NCBI GenBank assembly: GCA_964631965.1
Contig: CAZWAR010000003.1
Coordinates: forward strand, 2,064-66,063
DNA from: an uncultured Gaiellales bacterium
Lineage (GTDB): Bacteria > Actinomycetota > Thermoleophilia > RBG-16-64-13
DNA length: 64,000 nt
Direction: 5' to 3'
The position numbers and the translations under genes are program-made. Below, in pieces: positions 10,315-22,872 of this stretch (position 1 is the first letter of the stretch; the number at the start of each line of letters is the position of its first letter). Below the pieces are notes generated by a model, which searched no databases, was not told the origin of the DNA, and was given only the letters and a program-made list of their open reading frames with translations.

Positions 10315-11010
10315 TCAGGCCGCAGCGTCCCCCGCCATGAGCGCCTGCAGCAGCCTGGCCTCGTCTCCCGGGTCTTCCGCTCCAAACACGGCCGAACCAG
10401 CCACGATCCAGTCGGCACCCAACTCGACCACCTCCCGGATGTTCGAGCGGTTGACCCCCCCATCAACCTCGATGGCGGCCTCCGGCCGGATCATAGCCCG
10501 CACGAGGGGCACCTTCCTCAGCGCAGCGGGGATGAGCTTCTGTCCGCCGAAGCCCGGGTTCACGGTCATCACCAGCACCAGATCCACGAGGGAGGCCACG
10601 TCTCTGATGGCGGAGACCGGAGTGCCGGGATTGAGCGCGACACCCGCCCCTGCGCCCCTTCCCTTGATCATCTCGACAGCATGGTAGAGCCCCGTGCTCG
10701 CCTCGGCATGGATGCTCAGCACATCGGCGCCTGCATCGGTGAACTCGTCAACGAACTGCTCGGGATTCTCGATCATCAGATGCACCGAGAGCAGGCCGCC
10801 GCGGTCGTGGACCGACGGAGCGATGGAGGCGACAACAGCCGGTCCCATCGTCAGGTTCGGGACGAAATGACCGTCCATGACATCGCAATGGATGACGCGC
10901 ACGCCGGCGTCCATCACCTGGGCGATCTCGTCACCCAAGCGGGAGAAGTCCGCCGACAGAATCGATGGGAGCAGGTGGACTTCCCGATAGACGGCCGCCG
11001 GCACCGTCAT
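10315..11010 (-). CDS. rpe: Ribulose-phosphate 3-epimerase
   Basis: PSILSADFSRLGDEI, HCDVMDGHFVPN and VMTVNPGFGGQ motifs. The start is assumed at MTVPAAV. Confidence 0.9.
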   Translation of the reverse strand: MTVPAAVYREVHLLPSILSADFSRLGDEIAQVMDAGVRVIHCDVMDGHFVPNLTMGPAVVASIAPSVHDRGGLLSVHLMIENPEQFVDEFTDAGADVLSIHAEASTGLYHAVEMIKGRGAGAGVALNPGTPVSAIRDVASLVDLVLVMTVNPGFGGQKLIPAALRKVPLVRAMIRPEAAIEVDGGVNRSNIREVVELGADWIVAGSAVFGAEDPGDEARLLQALMAGDAAA

Positions 11011-11035
11011 GCGCCCTTTCCTTCCCCTCGGAGAC

Positions 11036-12022
11036 TCATCCTCCACCCTCCTCCGGAAAACATGCGCCCGTGATCGGAGTGATGCTCGCCCCCAGCCGGC
11101 CGCGATATCCACGAACGAATTCGGCCGCCGTCATCCGCCCCCTCCCGTCCGGCTGCAGGCTCAGTATCTCCACAACCCCTTCCGTGCATCCCAGGAACAA
11201 CCGGGTGGGGGTCGCTTCGATCGCCCCCGGCCGGCCGACGGCCGGGACGGCGTCCGCGGGCGTCTCCATGCCGAGAACGCCGTACGGCCAGGTGCGCCAC
11301 ACCTTGAACCGGACACCCCCGCACGCGACCCGGGCGCCCACCCGCGGGCTGAGGGCGCGCACCTGATCGTGGACCGCACGCGCGGAGCACGCCGGGTTCA
11401 GGAAACAGTCCTCCTGGCACAGCTTCTCCGCGTAGACGCTCTCCCCGTCCTGTTCCGTCCAGACAACCGTGCCATCCTCTATCCCTGTCAGCACTTGGTC
11501 GACGCCTCTGGCTCCGAGAAAGGCGAGGGCGCGGGCCAGCGTACCGGCGTCGTCCCACAGGCTTATCGACAAAGAGGTCTTGAGCGCCCAAGGGCCGGCA
11601 TCTAAGGCCTCGACCACCCGCATGACGCTGACGCCCGTACACTCCTCGCCAGCCGCAAGGGCTCGCTCGATGGGGGCGGCGCCCCGGTAGGCCGGCAGCA
11701 GCGAGGCGTGGATGTTGATGCACGGAACGGAGTCGAGCAGATTCCTTCGCAGGATCTGGCCGAAAGCAGCCACCACGAGCACCGCCGCCCCGGAAGTCCG
11801 TACCTGTTCGACGACTGCGGGAGCGTTGATGTCCTCGGGCTGGATGAGGTCCAACCCGAGGCGTCCGGCGGCGGCCGCCGCCGCAGGCGCGGCCGCCCGT
11901 CTTCCTCTTCCCACCGGGCGGTCCGGCTGAGAGATCACGAGGGTTGGGCGGCGTCCCAGCCCGACCAGGTCCTCGAGGGTCCAGGCCGCGAAGTCTGGAG
12001 AGCCTGCGAAGGCGAACTTCAC
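11036..12022 (-). CDS. fmt: Methionyl-tRNA formyltransferase
   Basis: MKFAFAGSPDFA..., INIHASLLPAYRGAAPI; 4-nt overlap with def. Confidence 0.9.
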   Translation of the reverse strand: MKFAFAGSPDFAAWTLEDLVGLGRRPTLVISQPDRPVGRGRRAAAPAAAAAAGRLGLDLIQPEDINAPAVVEQVRTSGAAVLVVAAFGQILRRNLLDSVPCINIHASLLPAYRGAAPIERALAAGEECTGVSVMRVVEALDAGPWALKTSLSISLWDDAGTLARALAFLGARGVDQVLTGIEDGTVVWTEQDGESVYAEKLCQEDCFLNPACSARAVHDQVRALSPRVGARVACGGVRFKVWRTWPYGVLGMETPADAVPAVGRPGAIEATPTRLFLGCTEGVVEILSLQPDGRGRMTAAEFVRGYRGRLGASITPITGACFPEEGGG

Positions 12023-12567
12023 CTGTCGGTCTCAAGCGCGCGCTCGCGGAGTTCCTTCAAAGCGCGCCGCCTCTCCTCAGGGGTTGCTCGGTCCAGTATC
12101 AGACGGCCCTCGAGATGGTCGATCTCGTGCTGCATGATCCGGGCCACCAGTCCGGATGCCTCCAGCTCGATGGGCGTACCTCCCAGATCCTGGGCCGTGA
12201 CCACCACCTCGTTGGCACGTTCCACTTCGACGGTGCACCCCGGCACCGAGAGGCAACCTTCCCCGGTAGTGTTGCATTCCTCCGAGCGGGAGATTATCTG
12301 TGGATTCACGAACACGTGCTCCGCCTCTTCGTGTTCCGGATCCCTCCACACCATGATGCGGCTCAGCACTCCAATCTGCGGGGCGGCCAAGCCGACCCCC
12401 TCTTCCCGACGCATCACCTGCAGCATGGTGTCGGCCAGTTTCTCCAGGCGCGAGTCGAACGCGGTGATGGCATGGGTCTGTTGTCGGAGAGCGGGATCCC
12501 CAAACGTGCGCAGGCGCTCGAGTGGAACCTGCGGGCTCTGCTCCTTCTCTCGTTCCCTCCGTGCCAT
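12019..12567 (-). CDS. def: Peptide deformylase
   Basis: GVGLAAPQIG, EGCLSVPG and HEIDHLEG motifs. Confidence 0.95.
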   Translation of the reverse strand: MARREREKEQSPQVPLERLRTFGDPALRQQTHAITAFDSRLEKLADTMLQVMRREEGVGLAAPQIGVLSRIMVWRDPEHEEAEHVFVNPQIISRSEECNTTGEGCLSVPGCTVEVERANEVVVTAQDLGGTPIELEASGLVARIMQHEIDHLEGRLILDRATPEERRRALKELRERALETDR

Positions 12568-12592
12568 CGTGACCTTTCTGCCCCTCGTATAG

Positions 12593-14911
12593 TTACCCGA
12601 AAGATAGCGGATCGACGTCTGCCGATAGGACGACGCCCCGGCGCCGGTAAGGCTCTTCGAGCTGCGCCAGCGCCTGCCTTATTATAGTCCGCGCCCGCTC
12701 ACCTTGGCGGGCCGCCACCATGATCTGCCAGCGATGCCGTCCCCGGAGACGGGGCAGCGGCGCAGGGCCGTGCAGCTCGCCATTAGGAAAGTACGTCGCC
12801 ATTCTCTCCACCAAGTGCCGAGCCGCTGCTTGGGCCTTGAGCGCGTCGGGCGACGACGTGACGAGCCGGACGAGCTCCGCGTAGGGTGGATAACCCAACC
12901 TCTGCCGCATCGCCAGTTCCTCGCGGTAGAAGGCTTCTTCCTCTCCGGCCAGAGCCATGCGGATGCAGGGCACGTCGGGATTCGCGGTTTGCACTAGGAC
13001 TCGACCGGGGCGCTCTGCACGACCGGCTCGCCCCGCCACCTGGGTCAGCAGCTGGAACGTCCGCTCGGAGGCCCGGAAGTCGGGCACATAGAGACCCACG
13101 TCCGCGTCGGCGACGACGACCAGCGTCACATTAGGGAAATCGTGCCCCTTGGCCACCATCTGGGTGCCGACAAGCACCCCGGGCCGCGATGCCCCGAACG
13201 CTTCCAGCACAGCCTGAGTCTTCGCTCCGCTCCCCATGACGTCGGAGTCCATCCGAAACACCTGCTCACCCGGCACCAAGGTCCGCAACTCGCCGTCCAA
13301 GCGCTCGGTACCCGGAGCCGCTCTGGTGAGCGGCGCTTCCCCACACGAGGGACAGGCCGGTGGCTGCGCGTAGCCCCGGCCGCAGTGGTGGCAGAGCAAC
13401 CTCTGCTCTCCCTTGTGGAAGGTGAGAGAGAGTTCGCAGTCGGCGCACATCAGGACGTGACCGCACGCTTCGCAGTGGACGTAGCCGGCGTACCCTCTCC
13501 GGTTGAGCAGGATGATCGCCTGCTCCCCGTTGCGGAGGACCTCCGCCAGCGCCTGCCGGGAGCGCGCCGCGAGCAGGAGACCGGCGCCCTGGCGCCTCAT
13601 GTCCACCACTTCGACCTCCGGAGGCGCTCCAGCAGCCCGCCGGGACAGCCGGATGCGCTCGTCGGAACAGGCCATGCGCTCCACTGCGGGGGTCGCGCTC
13701 CCCTCGAGCAGAAGGCCACCCCTCGGCCGTAGCCGCATCTCGGCGACAGTCCTCACCCGGTAGCGAGGCTCCTCTTCCTGCTTGTAGGAGCTGTCGTGCG
13801 CCTCGTCGACGATGATGAGTCCCAATTCCTGCACGGGGGCGAACACCGCTGAGCGCGCCCCCACAACCACGGTTGCCTCCCCGGCGGCCACGCGCCGATA
13901 CTCCCTCGCCCTCTCCCCGGGAGCAAGCCCACTGTGGAACACGCCTACCCGGTGTCCGAACCGAGCTTTCACTCGCCGGATGGTCTGCGGCGTGAGCGCG
14001 ATCTCCGGGACCAGGAGTATGGTTCCTTTCCCGCCCGCGAGCGCGTGCTCCATCACCCGCAGATACACCTCCGTCTTCCCGCTGCCTGTGACCCCCCACA
14101 GAAGCCGCTCCGCATACTCAGGCCGATCCAGGACGGTAGTCAGGGCCTCGATCGCCAGGTCCTGCTCCGGCCACGGCACAACCACCTGACCGGCTTGCCG
14201 GGCTGCATCCTCCCCGCCTTCCTCTTTGCCGACCATTCTCTCGGCCGGGCCGCTGCCAACCGCGGGTGGGGCCGCAGAGGACCCTTCCTCGACCGGCGGC
14301 GCAGACCGCGCCTCGAGGAGCCCTTTCGCCTCCAGGGCGGCGACCACCCTCCGCCCGACGCCGGCCGCCTCGCAGAGCGCAGCCTTGCGCATACCCGAGG
14401 GAGGAACGGCCTCCCACGCCACCCGTTGCTTCGCGGTCAACCCGGCGATCAACTCGGAGTCGGCTCCGGGCGTCGGGAACACGTGATCCTTGCGGACTCT
14501 CGTCCTCGAAGCTCTACCGCTCGCCGCTCCAATAGGCGCCACCAGCCGCAGGCACGATTCCAGGGAACACAGGTACCGTGTAGACATGTGCGACGCCAAC
14601 TCGAGGAGGTCCACAGGTATGGAGTCGGGACCGACGCTCTCGACGGACCGCAATCCCTCGAGCGGCACCTGCATCGACTGCCGGTCCGCGGTCGCTTCCC
14701 CGCCGCAGTTCGCGGCATCCAGCGTCTCGAGCACCACGGCCCGCACCGTCCGCCGGCCGAACGGGACCGTCACGATGGAGCCGCGCACCACCGCCCCGGC
14801 GACGTCCTCGGGTACGACATAGTCGAACTGCCGGTGGCCGAGGTGGTGCAGCCGCAGCAACGGGACGACCCGGGCCACGAGCCCTTTATGCTCGGCCGCG
14901 CTGGAAGCCAC
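12593..14911 (-). CDS. priA: Primosomal protein N' (replication restart helicase PriA)
   Basis: 772 aa with a DEAH helicase core and a Cys-rich zinc-binding insert (CEACGHVLMCADCELSLTFH...CHHCG). Confidence 0.9.
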   Translation of the reverse strand: MASSAAEHKGLVARVVPLLRLHHLGHRQFDYVVPEDVAGAVVRGSIVTVPFGRRTVRAVVLETLDAANCGGEATADRQSMQVPLEGLRSVESVGPDSIPVDLLELASHMSTRYLCSLESCLRLVAPIGAASGRASRTRVRKDHVFPTPGADSELIAGLTAKQRVAWEAVPPSGMRKAALCEAAGVGRRVVAALEAKGLLEARSAPPVEEGSSAAPPAVGSGPAERMVGKEEGGEDAARQAGQVVVPWPEQDLAIEALTTVLDRPEYAERLLWGVTGSGKTEVYLRVMEHALAGGKGTILLVPEIALTPQTIRRVKARFGHRVGVFHSGLAPGERAREYRRVAAGEATVVVGARSAVFAPVQELGLIIVDEAHDSSYKQEEEPRYRVRTVAEMRLRPRGGLLLEGSATPAVERMACSDERIRLSRRAAGAPPEVEVVDMRRQGAGLLLAARSRQALAEVLRNGEQAIILLNRRGYAGYVHCEACGHVLMCADCELSLTFHKGEQRLLCHHCGRGYAQPPACPSCGEAPLTRAAPGTERLDGELRTLVPGEQVFRMDSDVMGSGAKTQAVLEAFGASRPGVLVGTQMVAKGHDFPNVTLVVVADADVGLYVPDFRASERTFQLLTQVAGRAGRAERPGRVLVQTANPDVPCIRMALAGEEEAFYREELAMRQRLGYPPYAELVRLVTSSPDALKAQAAARHLVERMATYFPNGELHGPAPLPRLRGRHRWQIMVAARQGERARTIIRQALAQLEEPYRRRGVVLSADVDPLSFG

Positions 14912-14984
14912 GTCTCCTCCAACCGCTCAAGATCGGGCGCGCCCGCATACCGACGCGCCGCCGGCCAGACGGCAGCCTCTCCGG

Positions 14985-16193
<1,209 letters not shown>

Positions 16194-16312
16194 CGCTCTT
16201 GACCTCCGAGACTCTACTTATCGCCAGGGGCACGCAAGCGGCCGCCCCTCGAAACGCCGTCGGCACACTGTAGCAGATGAAGCGGACACCCAGGCGGTGC
16301 CCCATGCGTCCA

Positions 16313-17614
16313 TCACCCGGTAGGACGGGTGTCGATAACCCGCCGCAATTCGCCGAGCGGCACCGTCCGCGGCTCGACCAGGCGCACCCGCGGGCGTATC
16401 CCCAACTCCTGGCGCATCCGCTCCTCCACACTCCGCTGGAAGCCCTGCAGCCTCCTCACGGTGTCGGCCATGAACGACGGCTCCACCTCGATCTGGATCT
16501 CGAGCTGGTCCATGACTCCCTCCCGGAACACGATGATCCGATAGCGGGGGTCGACCCCCTCCAGGTCGGCGAGCACAGCCTCTATGGATCCCGGGTACAC
16601 GTTGACTCCTCGGATGACGAGCATGTCGTCCGTGCGCCGGTACACCTTGCTGTGCCGGGCGAACACCCTACCGCAGGCGCACGGCCGGTAGCTGACGCTG
16701 GCCAGGTCGCCCGTGCGATAACGGATCACGGGCAAGGCTTCCTTCGTGAGCGAGGTGAAGACGAGTTCGCCCTCCTTGCCGTCGGGCACAGGCTCACCGG
16801 TCGCCGGATCCACCACCTCCACCAGGAAGTGGTCCTCGTTGATGTGCAATCCGTCCTTGTTCCAGCACTCGTAGGAAACTCCCGGTCCGATGACTTCCGA
16901 CAGACCGTATATGTCGGTGGCCGACATGCCGGTGCGCGTCTCGATCTCTTCCCGGGTCCGGTTGGTCCAGGGCTCCGATCCGAGCAAGGCCACACGGAGG
17001 TCGAGGGCTCCGAGGTCGTAGCCGAGCCGGGGCGCCACCTCGGTGAGGTGGAGAACGTACGACGGGGTTCCCACGAGCACCGTCGTATTAAAGTCCCTCA
17101 TGACTTTCAACTGCCGCTGGGTGTTGCCGGTGGAGGTCGGCACCACCGTGACACCCACCCGCTCGAGGCCCGCGTGCATGCCGAAGGCACCGGTCGTCAA
17201 TCCGTACTCGAAAGTTATCTGGGCTACGTCGTGCGAGTGGGCGCCGCCCGCCGCCGCCGCTCGGGCGCACAGTTCCGACCAGGTGTTGAGGTCGCCTCGG
17301 CTGTATCCGACCACGGTCGGAGTGGAGATGGCCCCCGACGTGGAGTGGATCCGGATGATCTTCTCCAGAGGCAGCGCGAACAGCCCGTACGGATAGGCCG
17401 CCTTGAAGTCACCCTTCCCCGTGAAGGGCAGCTTGCGTACGTCTTCCAAAGACTTGACGTCACCGGGTCTGAGCTTCATGGCCGACCAGCGCTCGTGATG
17501 GAACGGCACGTTGTCGTACGCCCACCTCAGAGTCATCTGCAGACGCTTGAACTGCAGAGCGCGCAGTTCCTCCCGGCTCATCGTCTCGTACTCGGGGTTC
17601 CAGATCTCGTTCAT
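16313..17614 (-). CDS. Phenylacetate-CoA ligase family protein (PaaK-like adenylate-forming enzyme)
   Basis: Start MNEIWNPEYETMSREELRALQ...; PaaK/coenzyme F390 synthetase-like. Last gene of the ACT-liv operon. Confidence 0.8.
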   Translation of the reverse strand: MNEIWNPEYETMSREELRALQFKRLQMTLRWAYDNVPFHHERWSAMKLRPGDVKSLEDVRKLPFTGKGDFKAAYPYGLFALPLEKIIRIHSTSGAISTPTVVGYSRGDLNTWSELCARAAAAGGAHSHDVAQITFEYGLTTGAFGMHAGLERVGVTVVPTSTGNTQRQLKVMRDFNTTVLVGTPSYVLHLTEVAPRLGYDLGALDLRVALLGSEPWTNRTREEIETRTGMSATDIYGLSEVIGPGVSYECWNKDGLHINEDHFLVEVVDPATGEPVPDGKEGELVFTSLTKEALPVIRYRTGDLASVSYRPCACGRVFARHSKVYRRTDDMLVIRGVNVYPGSIEAVLADLEGVDPRYRIIVFREGVMDQLEIQIEVEPSFMADTVRRLQGFQRSVEERMRQELGIRPRVRLVEPRTVPLGELRRVIDTRPTG

Positions 17615-17633
17615 GACTGCTCCCTGGACCTCG

Positions 17634-18422
<789 letters not shown>

Positions 18423-18461
18423 CTGCTGCTCTCCCGCTCACCATGCGGCGTACCCTCTCGG

Positions 18462-19712
18462 CTACTCGGCGAGGATCCAGGTCCCGCCCTCGATCTTCAC
18501 CATGATCATGTCCGAGGCCACGAGCCCGTCATGGTCTGTGGCGCTGTAGTTGTAGATGCCGTCCGGGCCGGGGAACCCGGTCGTTGAGTTCAGAGCCAAC
18601 TGGATGGCCGCGGCGTCGGTGCTGCCTGCGCGGGTGATGGCATCCGCCAGGATGGTGATGGCCTCGAACGCGTAGCCGGCAAACGGATTCGGCTGGGCAC
18701 TGTAGGTGTACTCGTAGTCGTGTATGAACGCCTCCGTCACTTCTTTCTGCTTGGGATCGGTGATGGAGCTCGGCACGAGCAGCCGCCCGCCCGGGAAGAC
18801 GACCCCCTCCGCAGCGTCGCCGGCAAGCTCGATGAACGTGCGGTTGGCGATGCCGTGGCTGCCCACGTAGGGAATGGTCATGCCCAACTGCTTCATGTTC
18901 TTCGCCGCGAGCGCCGGACCGGGGTTCGTGCCCCAGACCACGAGGACTTCAGGATTCTCGCCTTTGATCTTCGTCAGCTGCGCGGTCATGTCGGTGTCGT
19001 TCGTCTTGTAGGACTCGGACGCCACTACTTCGAGCCCCTTGCCCGGAGCCTGCTTGGCGATCTCGGCATTTCCCGAAGAGCCGAAGGCGTTCTCGTCGTG
19101 GAGTACGGCCACCTTCTTCACCTTGAGGCTGTTCGCGATGTAGTCGAGCGCACGTTCCACGGCCAAGGCGTCCTTCTGCGGTGTCCGCCAAATCCATTGG
19201 TTGGGCTCTTTGTCGGTGACGTCATTGGCAGCCGCCATCGCGATCTGCGGAATGCCCTCCTGCGCGGCGATCTCCTTCACCGCCAGCGTGGAAGAGGACG
19301 TCGTGGCCGCGATGAGGGCCACGGCCTTGTCCTGCTGCAGCAGCTTGTTGGCCGCCGTCACCGCCTCTTTGGGATCGCTCTTGTCGTCTTCCACGACGAT
19401 CTTGAGAGGCCGGCCGAGAACACCCCCCTTGGCATTGATGAGATCCTCTTCCATTTGCAGGACGTTCCGCTCCTGCTCGCCCAGCGCCGACCCCGGTCCG
19501 GTGGCCGACACGATTGCGCCGATCACGATGGGGTCTCCGGTCGGAGCGGCAGCCCCACCCGTGGTGTCGGTACTCGCAGCCGTCGTGGTTGTGGTCTCGC
19601 CGCCGCAGCCGACCGCGAGCATCGCGACCAGCAGGACGGCTGCCACCAGCAGCACGAGACTCACACCCGGGATCGTGCGCGCTCCATTGTTCTTCTTCAC
19701 CGACCTGCTCAT
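18462..19712 (-). CDS. Branched-chain amino acid ABC transporter substrate-binding lipoprotein (LivK-like)
   Basis: 416 aa with a lipobox LAVGC and a type I periplasmic binding fold. Confidence 0.8.
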   Translation of the reverse strand: MSRSVKKNNGARTIPGVSLVLLVAAVLLVAMLAVGCGGETTTTTAASTDTTGGAAAPTGDPIVIGAIVSATGPGSALGEQERNVLQMEEDLINAKGGVLGRPLKIVVEDDKSDPKEAVTAANKLLQQDKAVALIAATTSSSTLAVKEIAAQEGIPQIAMAAANDVTDKEPNQWIWRTPQKDALAVERALDYIANSLKVKKVAVLHDENAFGSSGNAEIAKQAPGKGLEVVASESYKTNDTDMTAQLTKIKGENPEVLVVWGTNPGPALAAKNMKQLGMTIPYVGSHGIANRTFIELAGDAAEGVVFPGGRLLVPSSITDPKQKEVTEAFIHDYEYTYSAQPNPFAGYAFEAITILADAITRAGSTDAAAIQLALNSTTGFPGPDGIYNYSATDHDGLVASDMIMVKIEGGTWILAE

Positions 19713-20497
19713 TGCAGCTCCTCCCCTAGGTACGCCTTGATCACTTCCTCGTTGTTGCGGATCATCAGCGGAGGCCCCTCGGCTATCTTCCTCCCGTAGT
19801 CGAGGACCACCACCTCATCCGATATCTCCATGACGAAGTTCATGTCGTGTTCCACCAGGAGCACAGTGACACCCTCGTCCCGTATTTTCCTCACAGTATC
19901 CGCTAATCGTAAGGTTTCGTCGTCATTCAGCCCCGCGGCCGGTTCGTCGAGCAGGAGCAACCGGGGCCCCGAGGCCAGCGCCCGGGCGATCTCGAGCAGG
20001 TGCCTCTCCCCCATGGGCAGGTTCTCTGCCGGTTCCTCGGCCAAGTGACCGATCCCGATCCTCCGGAGGGCCTCGTGCGCAGCCTTGAACGTTTCGGCCT
20101 CCTCTCGCCGGTGGCGCGGCAGAGTCAGGGCGGCGGCGAGCAGGCCGGCCCTCGTCCGCGAGTAGCGGCCGACCGCCACGTTCTCCACGACGCTCATGTC
20201 GTCGAACACCAGGCTGTGCTGGAAGGTACGCCCCACGCCCATGCGACAGATGCGGTGCGGCGTTTTGCCCCTCACCTCCACGTCCGCTAGCAGCACGGAA
20301 CCCTCGGTGGGCCGGTACGACCCCGAGATGATGTTGAAGAGAGTGGTCTTGCCGGCGCCGTTCGGTCCGATGAGGGCTTTGATCTGGTCCCGATATACGG
20401 TGAAGGTGACCTCGCGCAGTGCATCGAGCCCGCCGAAGCGTTTCGACACGTTCTGTACGCTGAGAAGGGGCATGCCGTTACTCCTCCGTCCCCGCAC
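19709..20497 (-). CDS. livG: Branched-chain amino acid ABC transporter ATP-binding protein (LivG-like)
   Basis: GPNGAGKTT and LPMGERH motifs. Confidence 0.85.
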   Translation of the reverse strand: MRGRRSNGMPLLSVQNVSKRFGGLDALREVTFTVYRDQIKALIGPNGAGKTTLFNIISGSYRPTEGSVLLADVEVRGKTPHRICRMGVGRTFQHSLVFDDMSVVENVAVGRYSRTRAGLLAAALTLPRHRREEAETFKAAHEALRRIGIGHLAEEPAENLPMGERHLLEIARALASGPRLLLLDEPAAGLNDDETLRLADTVRKIRDEGVTVLLVEHDMNFVMEISDEVVVLDYGRKIAEGPPLMIRNNEEVIKAYLGEELQ

Positions 20498-21488
20498 CGG
20501 GTTCCGGCCCGGCAGTTCCCGAGCCCCGCCGGCGGTCCCAGAGGTCCTTTGTCCGACGCCAGAGGTACGGAGTCCCCCTCCCAGCCAACACCATGATGGC
20601 GATGAGCAATACGCCGAACACGAGGTTGGTGAGGTCCTGGTTCACCCGTTTGAGCAGTTCGGGCAGGATGACGATCACCATCGTCCCCCAAAGCGCCCCC
20701 CACAGGGTCCGCAGGCCTCCAATGATCACCCCTGTGATGAGGATGATCGAGAAGGTGATGGTGTAGCTTTCGGGGCTGATGTACCGAATGTGGTAAGCAT
20801 CGAAGCTGCCGGCGATGCTGGCGAACACCGCAGCGATCATGAAGACCTGCACCTTGCGATAGGACGAGTCGATGCCCAGGGATTCCGCCGCCGGCTCCGA
20901 ACGATGCAGCGCACGGAGAGACCGCCCCACTCGGGACCCGGTCAGGTTGAGGGCCACGCGGAACATGAGCAGGGCGACTCCCCATGCCACCAGATGATAG
21001 GCGCGGGGCCCGCTCAGGTCGAGACCGCCCAGGTGAAGAGCCGGTATGCCCGTGAGACCGTCGGTACCGTTGGTGAGAGGCTTCAGCTGAACCAGAAGGA
21101 TGTACACGATCTCGTTGATGCCGAGAGTGGCCATGGCCAGGTAGTAGCCCTTGAGCTTGAGGGTGGGTATGCCCACCAAGCCGGCGATGACCGCAGCCAG
21201 GAGCGCAGACACGATGAGAGCCACCCACGGATCGAAACCAGCCTTCGTGGTGAGGATGGCCGAGCCGTACGCACCGATGCCGACGAACGCCGCCTGGCCG
21301 AGTGAGATCTGGCCCGCCTGGCCGAGCAGCAGACTGAGACCGAGCGCCATCATGAAGCGGGTGGCTCCGAAGGAGAGCACCGAAAGGTAATAGGTGTTGC
21401 CAAGGTAGGCAGGGATGGTCATCACGAGCACCGCGAACAGGAAGTAGGCGGCATGCCGACGGAAGAAGCGGAGGGCGGCCTCGGTCAT
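20478..21488 (-). CDS. livM: Branched-chain amino acid ABC transporter permease (LivM-like)
   Basis: 336 aa polytopic membrane protein. Confidence 0.8.
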   Translation of the reverse strand: MTEAALRFFRRHAAYFLFAVLVMTIPAYLGNTYYLSVLSFGATRFMMALGLSLLLGQAGQISLGQAAFVGIGAYGSAILTTKAGFDPWVALIVSALLAAVIAGLVGIPTLKLKGYYLAMATLGINEIVYILLVQLKPLTNGTDGLTGIPALHLGGLDLSGPRAYHLVAWGVALLMFRVALNLTGSRVGRSLRALHRSEPAAESLGIDSSYRKVQVFMIAAVFASIAGSFDAYHIRYISPESYTITFSIILITGVIIGGLRTLWGALWGTMVIVILPELLKRVNQDLTNLVFGVLLIAIMVLAGRGTPYLWRRTKDLWDRRRGSGTAGPEPGAGTEE

Positions 21489-22363
21489 TGCCTGCCCACC
21501 ACCTTTGCTCCAAGCAGTCCGGCCGGGCGCAGGAACAGCACCAGCAGCAGGATCACGAAGGCGATCGCGTCCTTGTAGCCGGCGGAGACCAGCCCTACTC
21601 CGAGGGCTTCGATGATGCCGAGGGCGAAGCCTCCCAGCACCGCGCCCAGCGGGTTGCCAAGTCCTCCGAGAGTCGCCGCTGCAAAGCCTTTCAGGCCGAG
21701 CAAGGTACCCGAGGAGTAGCCTATGAAGCTGATGGGGGTGATCATCACCCCGGCGGCGGCGGCCACGGCCCCGGTAAGGGCAAACGTGAACATCACCACC
21801 TTGCGGTAGGAGATACCCTGCAGCCGGGCCGACTCAGGGTTCACCGCACAGGCGCGGATGGCCGTCCCGAACAGGCTCCTGCGATAGAAGACCGTGAGGG
21901 CGACGACAACCACCACGGTGAGGCCCACCACCCACAACGTCTGCGGCACCACGGTCGCCCGGCCGACGGCTATGGGTGTCTCGCCACTGAACGCGGGCAG
22001 CGACTTCGCGTCCCTTCCCCAGATGAGCATGGCCGCCGTCTCGAAAACAAACGAGGCCCCTACAGTAGCGATGATCTGCGCGAGCACGCCCTTCCGCAGG
22101 AGGGGCCGGATGGCTACCTGCTCCATGCCCACGCTGACGGCGGCAACCGCCGCAACCGCTCCCAGGAAGCATGCCCACAATGGCAGCCCGGCTTTGTACA
22201 GTGTCACTCCCATCATTCCGCCGAGCATGACCATCTGGCCCTGGGCGAAGTTGATGATCTGCGTGGCGCTGAATACAAGAGTGAAGCCGATGGCGGTGAG
22301 CGCGTACACGCTGCCGCTGGTGATACCGCTGAAGATGTACTGCAGGAACTGGTCGAAGGTCAC
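21485..22363 (-). CDS. livH: Branched-chain amino acid ABC transporter permease (LivH-like)
   Basis: 292 aa polytopic membrane protein; 4-nt overlap with livM. Confidence 0.8.
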   Translation of the reverse strand: MTFDQFLQYIFSGITSGSVYALTAIGFTLVFSATQIINFAQGQMVMLGGMMGVTLYKAGLPLWACFLGAVAAVAAVSVGMEQVAIRPLLRKGVLAQIIATVGASFVFETAAMLIWGRDAKSLPAFSGETPIAVGRATVVPQTLWVVGLTVVVVVALTVFYRRSLFGTAIRACAVNPESARLQGISYRKVVMFTFALTGAVAAAAGVMITPISFIGYSSGTLLGLKGFAAATLGGLGNPLGAVLGGFALGIIEALGVGLVSAGYKDAIAFVILLLVLFLRPAGLLGAKVVGRQ

Positions 22364-22384
22364 AGCCGGCGCCGCTCGCTGGGC

Positions 22385-22810
22385 TCAGACCGTGTCACCC
22401 GGGCCGAGCACCCGGAAACCGCTTTCGACCAACAACTCTTCCATGCGCTCCAGATCCTCTGTCTTTATGCAGAGCGTGTCCCGGTTCCCTTGGTAGATAT
22501 ACTCGATATCCAAACCGGAGTCATGGACAGAGCGCACGACGGCGGCCAGTGCTCCAGGCTCATCCCGAAGCAGCGTCCGCACCACAGGGTGCTCCACCAC
22601 CATGTAACCCGCGCGGTCGAGAGCCTCCTTCGCAGGTTCCACTCTGTCGACCACAAGGCGAAGAATGCCGTAGTCGTTCGTATCTGCGATGGTGAACGAA
22701 TGAATGTTCACGCCGGCCGCAGCCAGAGTGGCGAGTGCATCGGCCAGATGCCCGGGCTTGTTCTCCACGAAAACGGAGAGCTGTGGAACGCTCACGGGAA
22801 CCCCCAACAC
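22385..22810 (-). CDS. Tandem ACT-domain protein (first gene of the ACT-Liv-PaaK operon)
   Basis: 141 aa with two ~70-aa ACT-like repeats (VFVENKPGHLADALATL... / LRDEPGALAAVVRSV...). Confidence 0.7.
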   Translation of the reverse strand: MLGVPVSVPQLSVFVENKPGHLADALATLAAAGVNIHSFTIADTNDYGILRLVVDRVEPAKEALDRAGYMVVEHPVVRTLLRDEPGALAAVVRSVHDSGLDIEYIYQGNRDTLCIKTEDLERMEELLVESGFRVLGPGDTV

Positions 22811-22872
22811 GCGGCTGATCCGATCGACTACAGGGATGTCCGGGGCGCCAGACCGGAACGGACGCTATTCTA

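Noticed and set aside
16194-16312. Possible SAM riboswitch (S-box or SAM-IV) in the metK leader
   Set aside because: The minus-strand leader lacks the S-box core (UUAUCAAGAG, GGAGGGA) and the SAM-IV GGUCAUGAG/GGUGCCCCGGGUGA blocks. Only a generic GC hairpin (AGGGGC...GCCCCU) is present. This is probably a paaK-operon terminator or metK promoter region.
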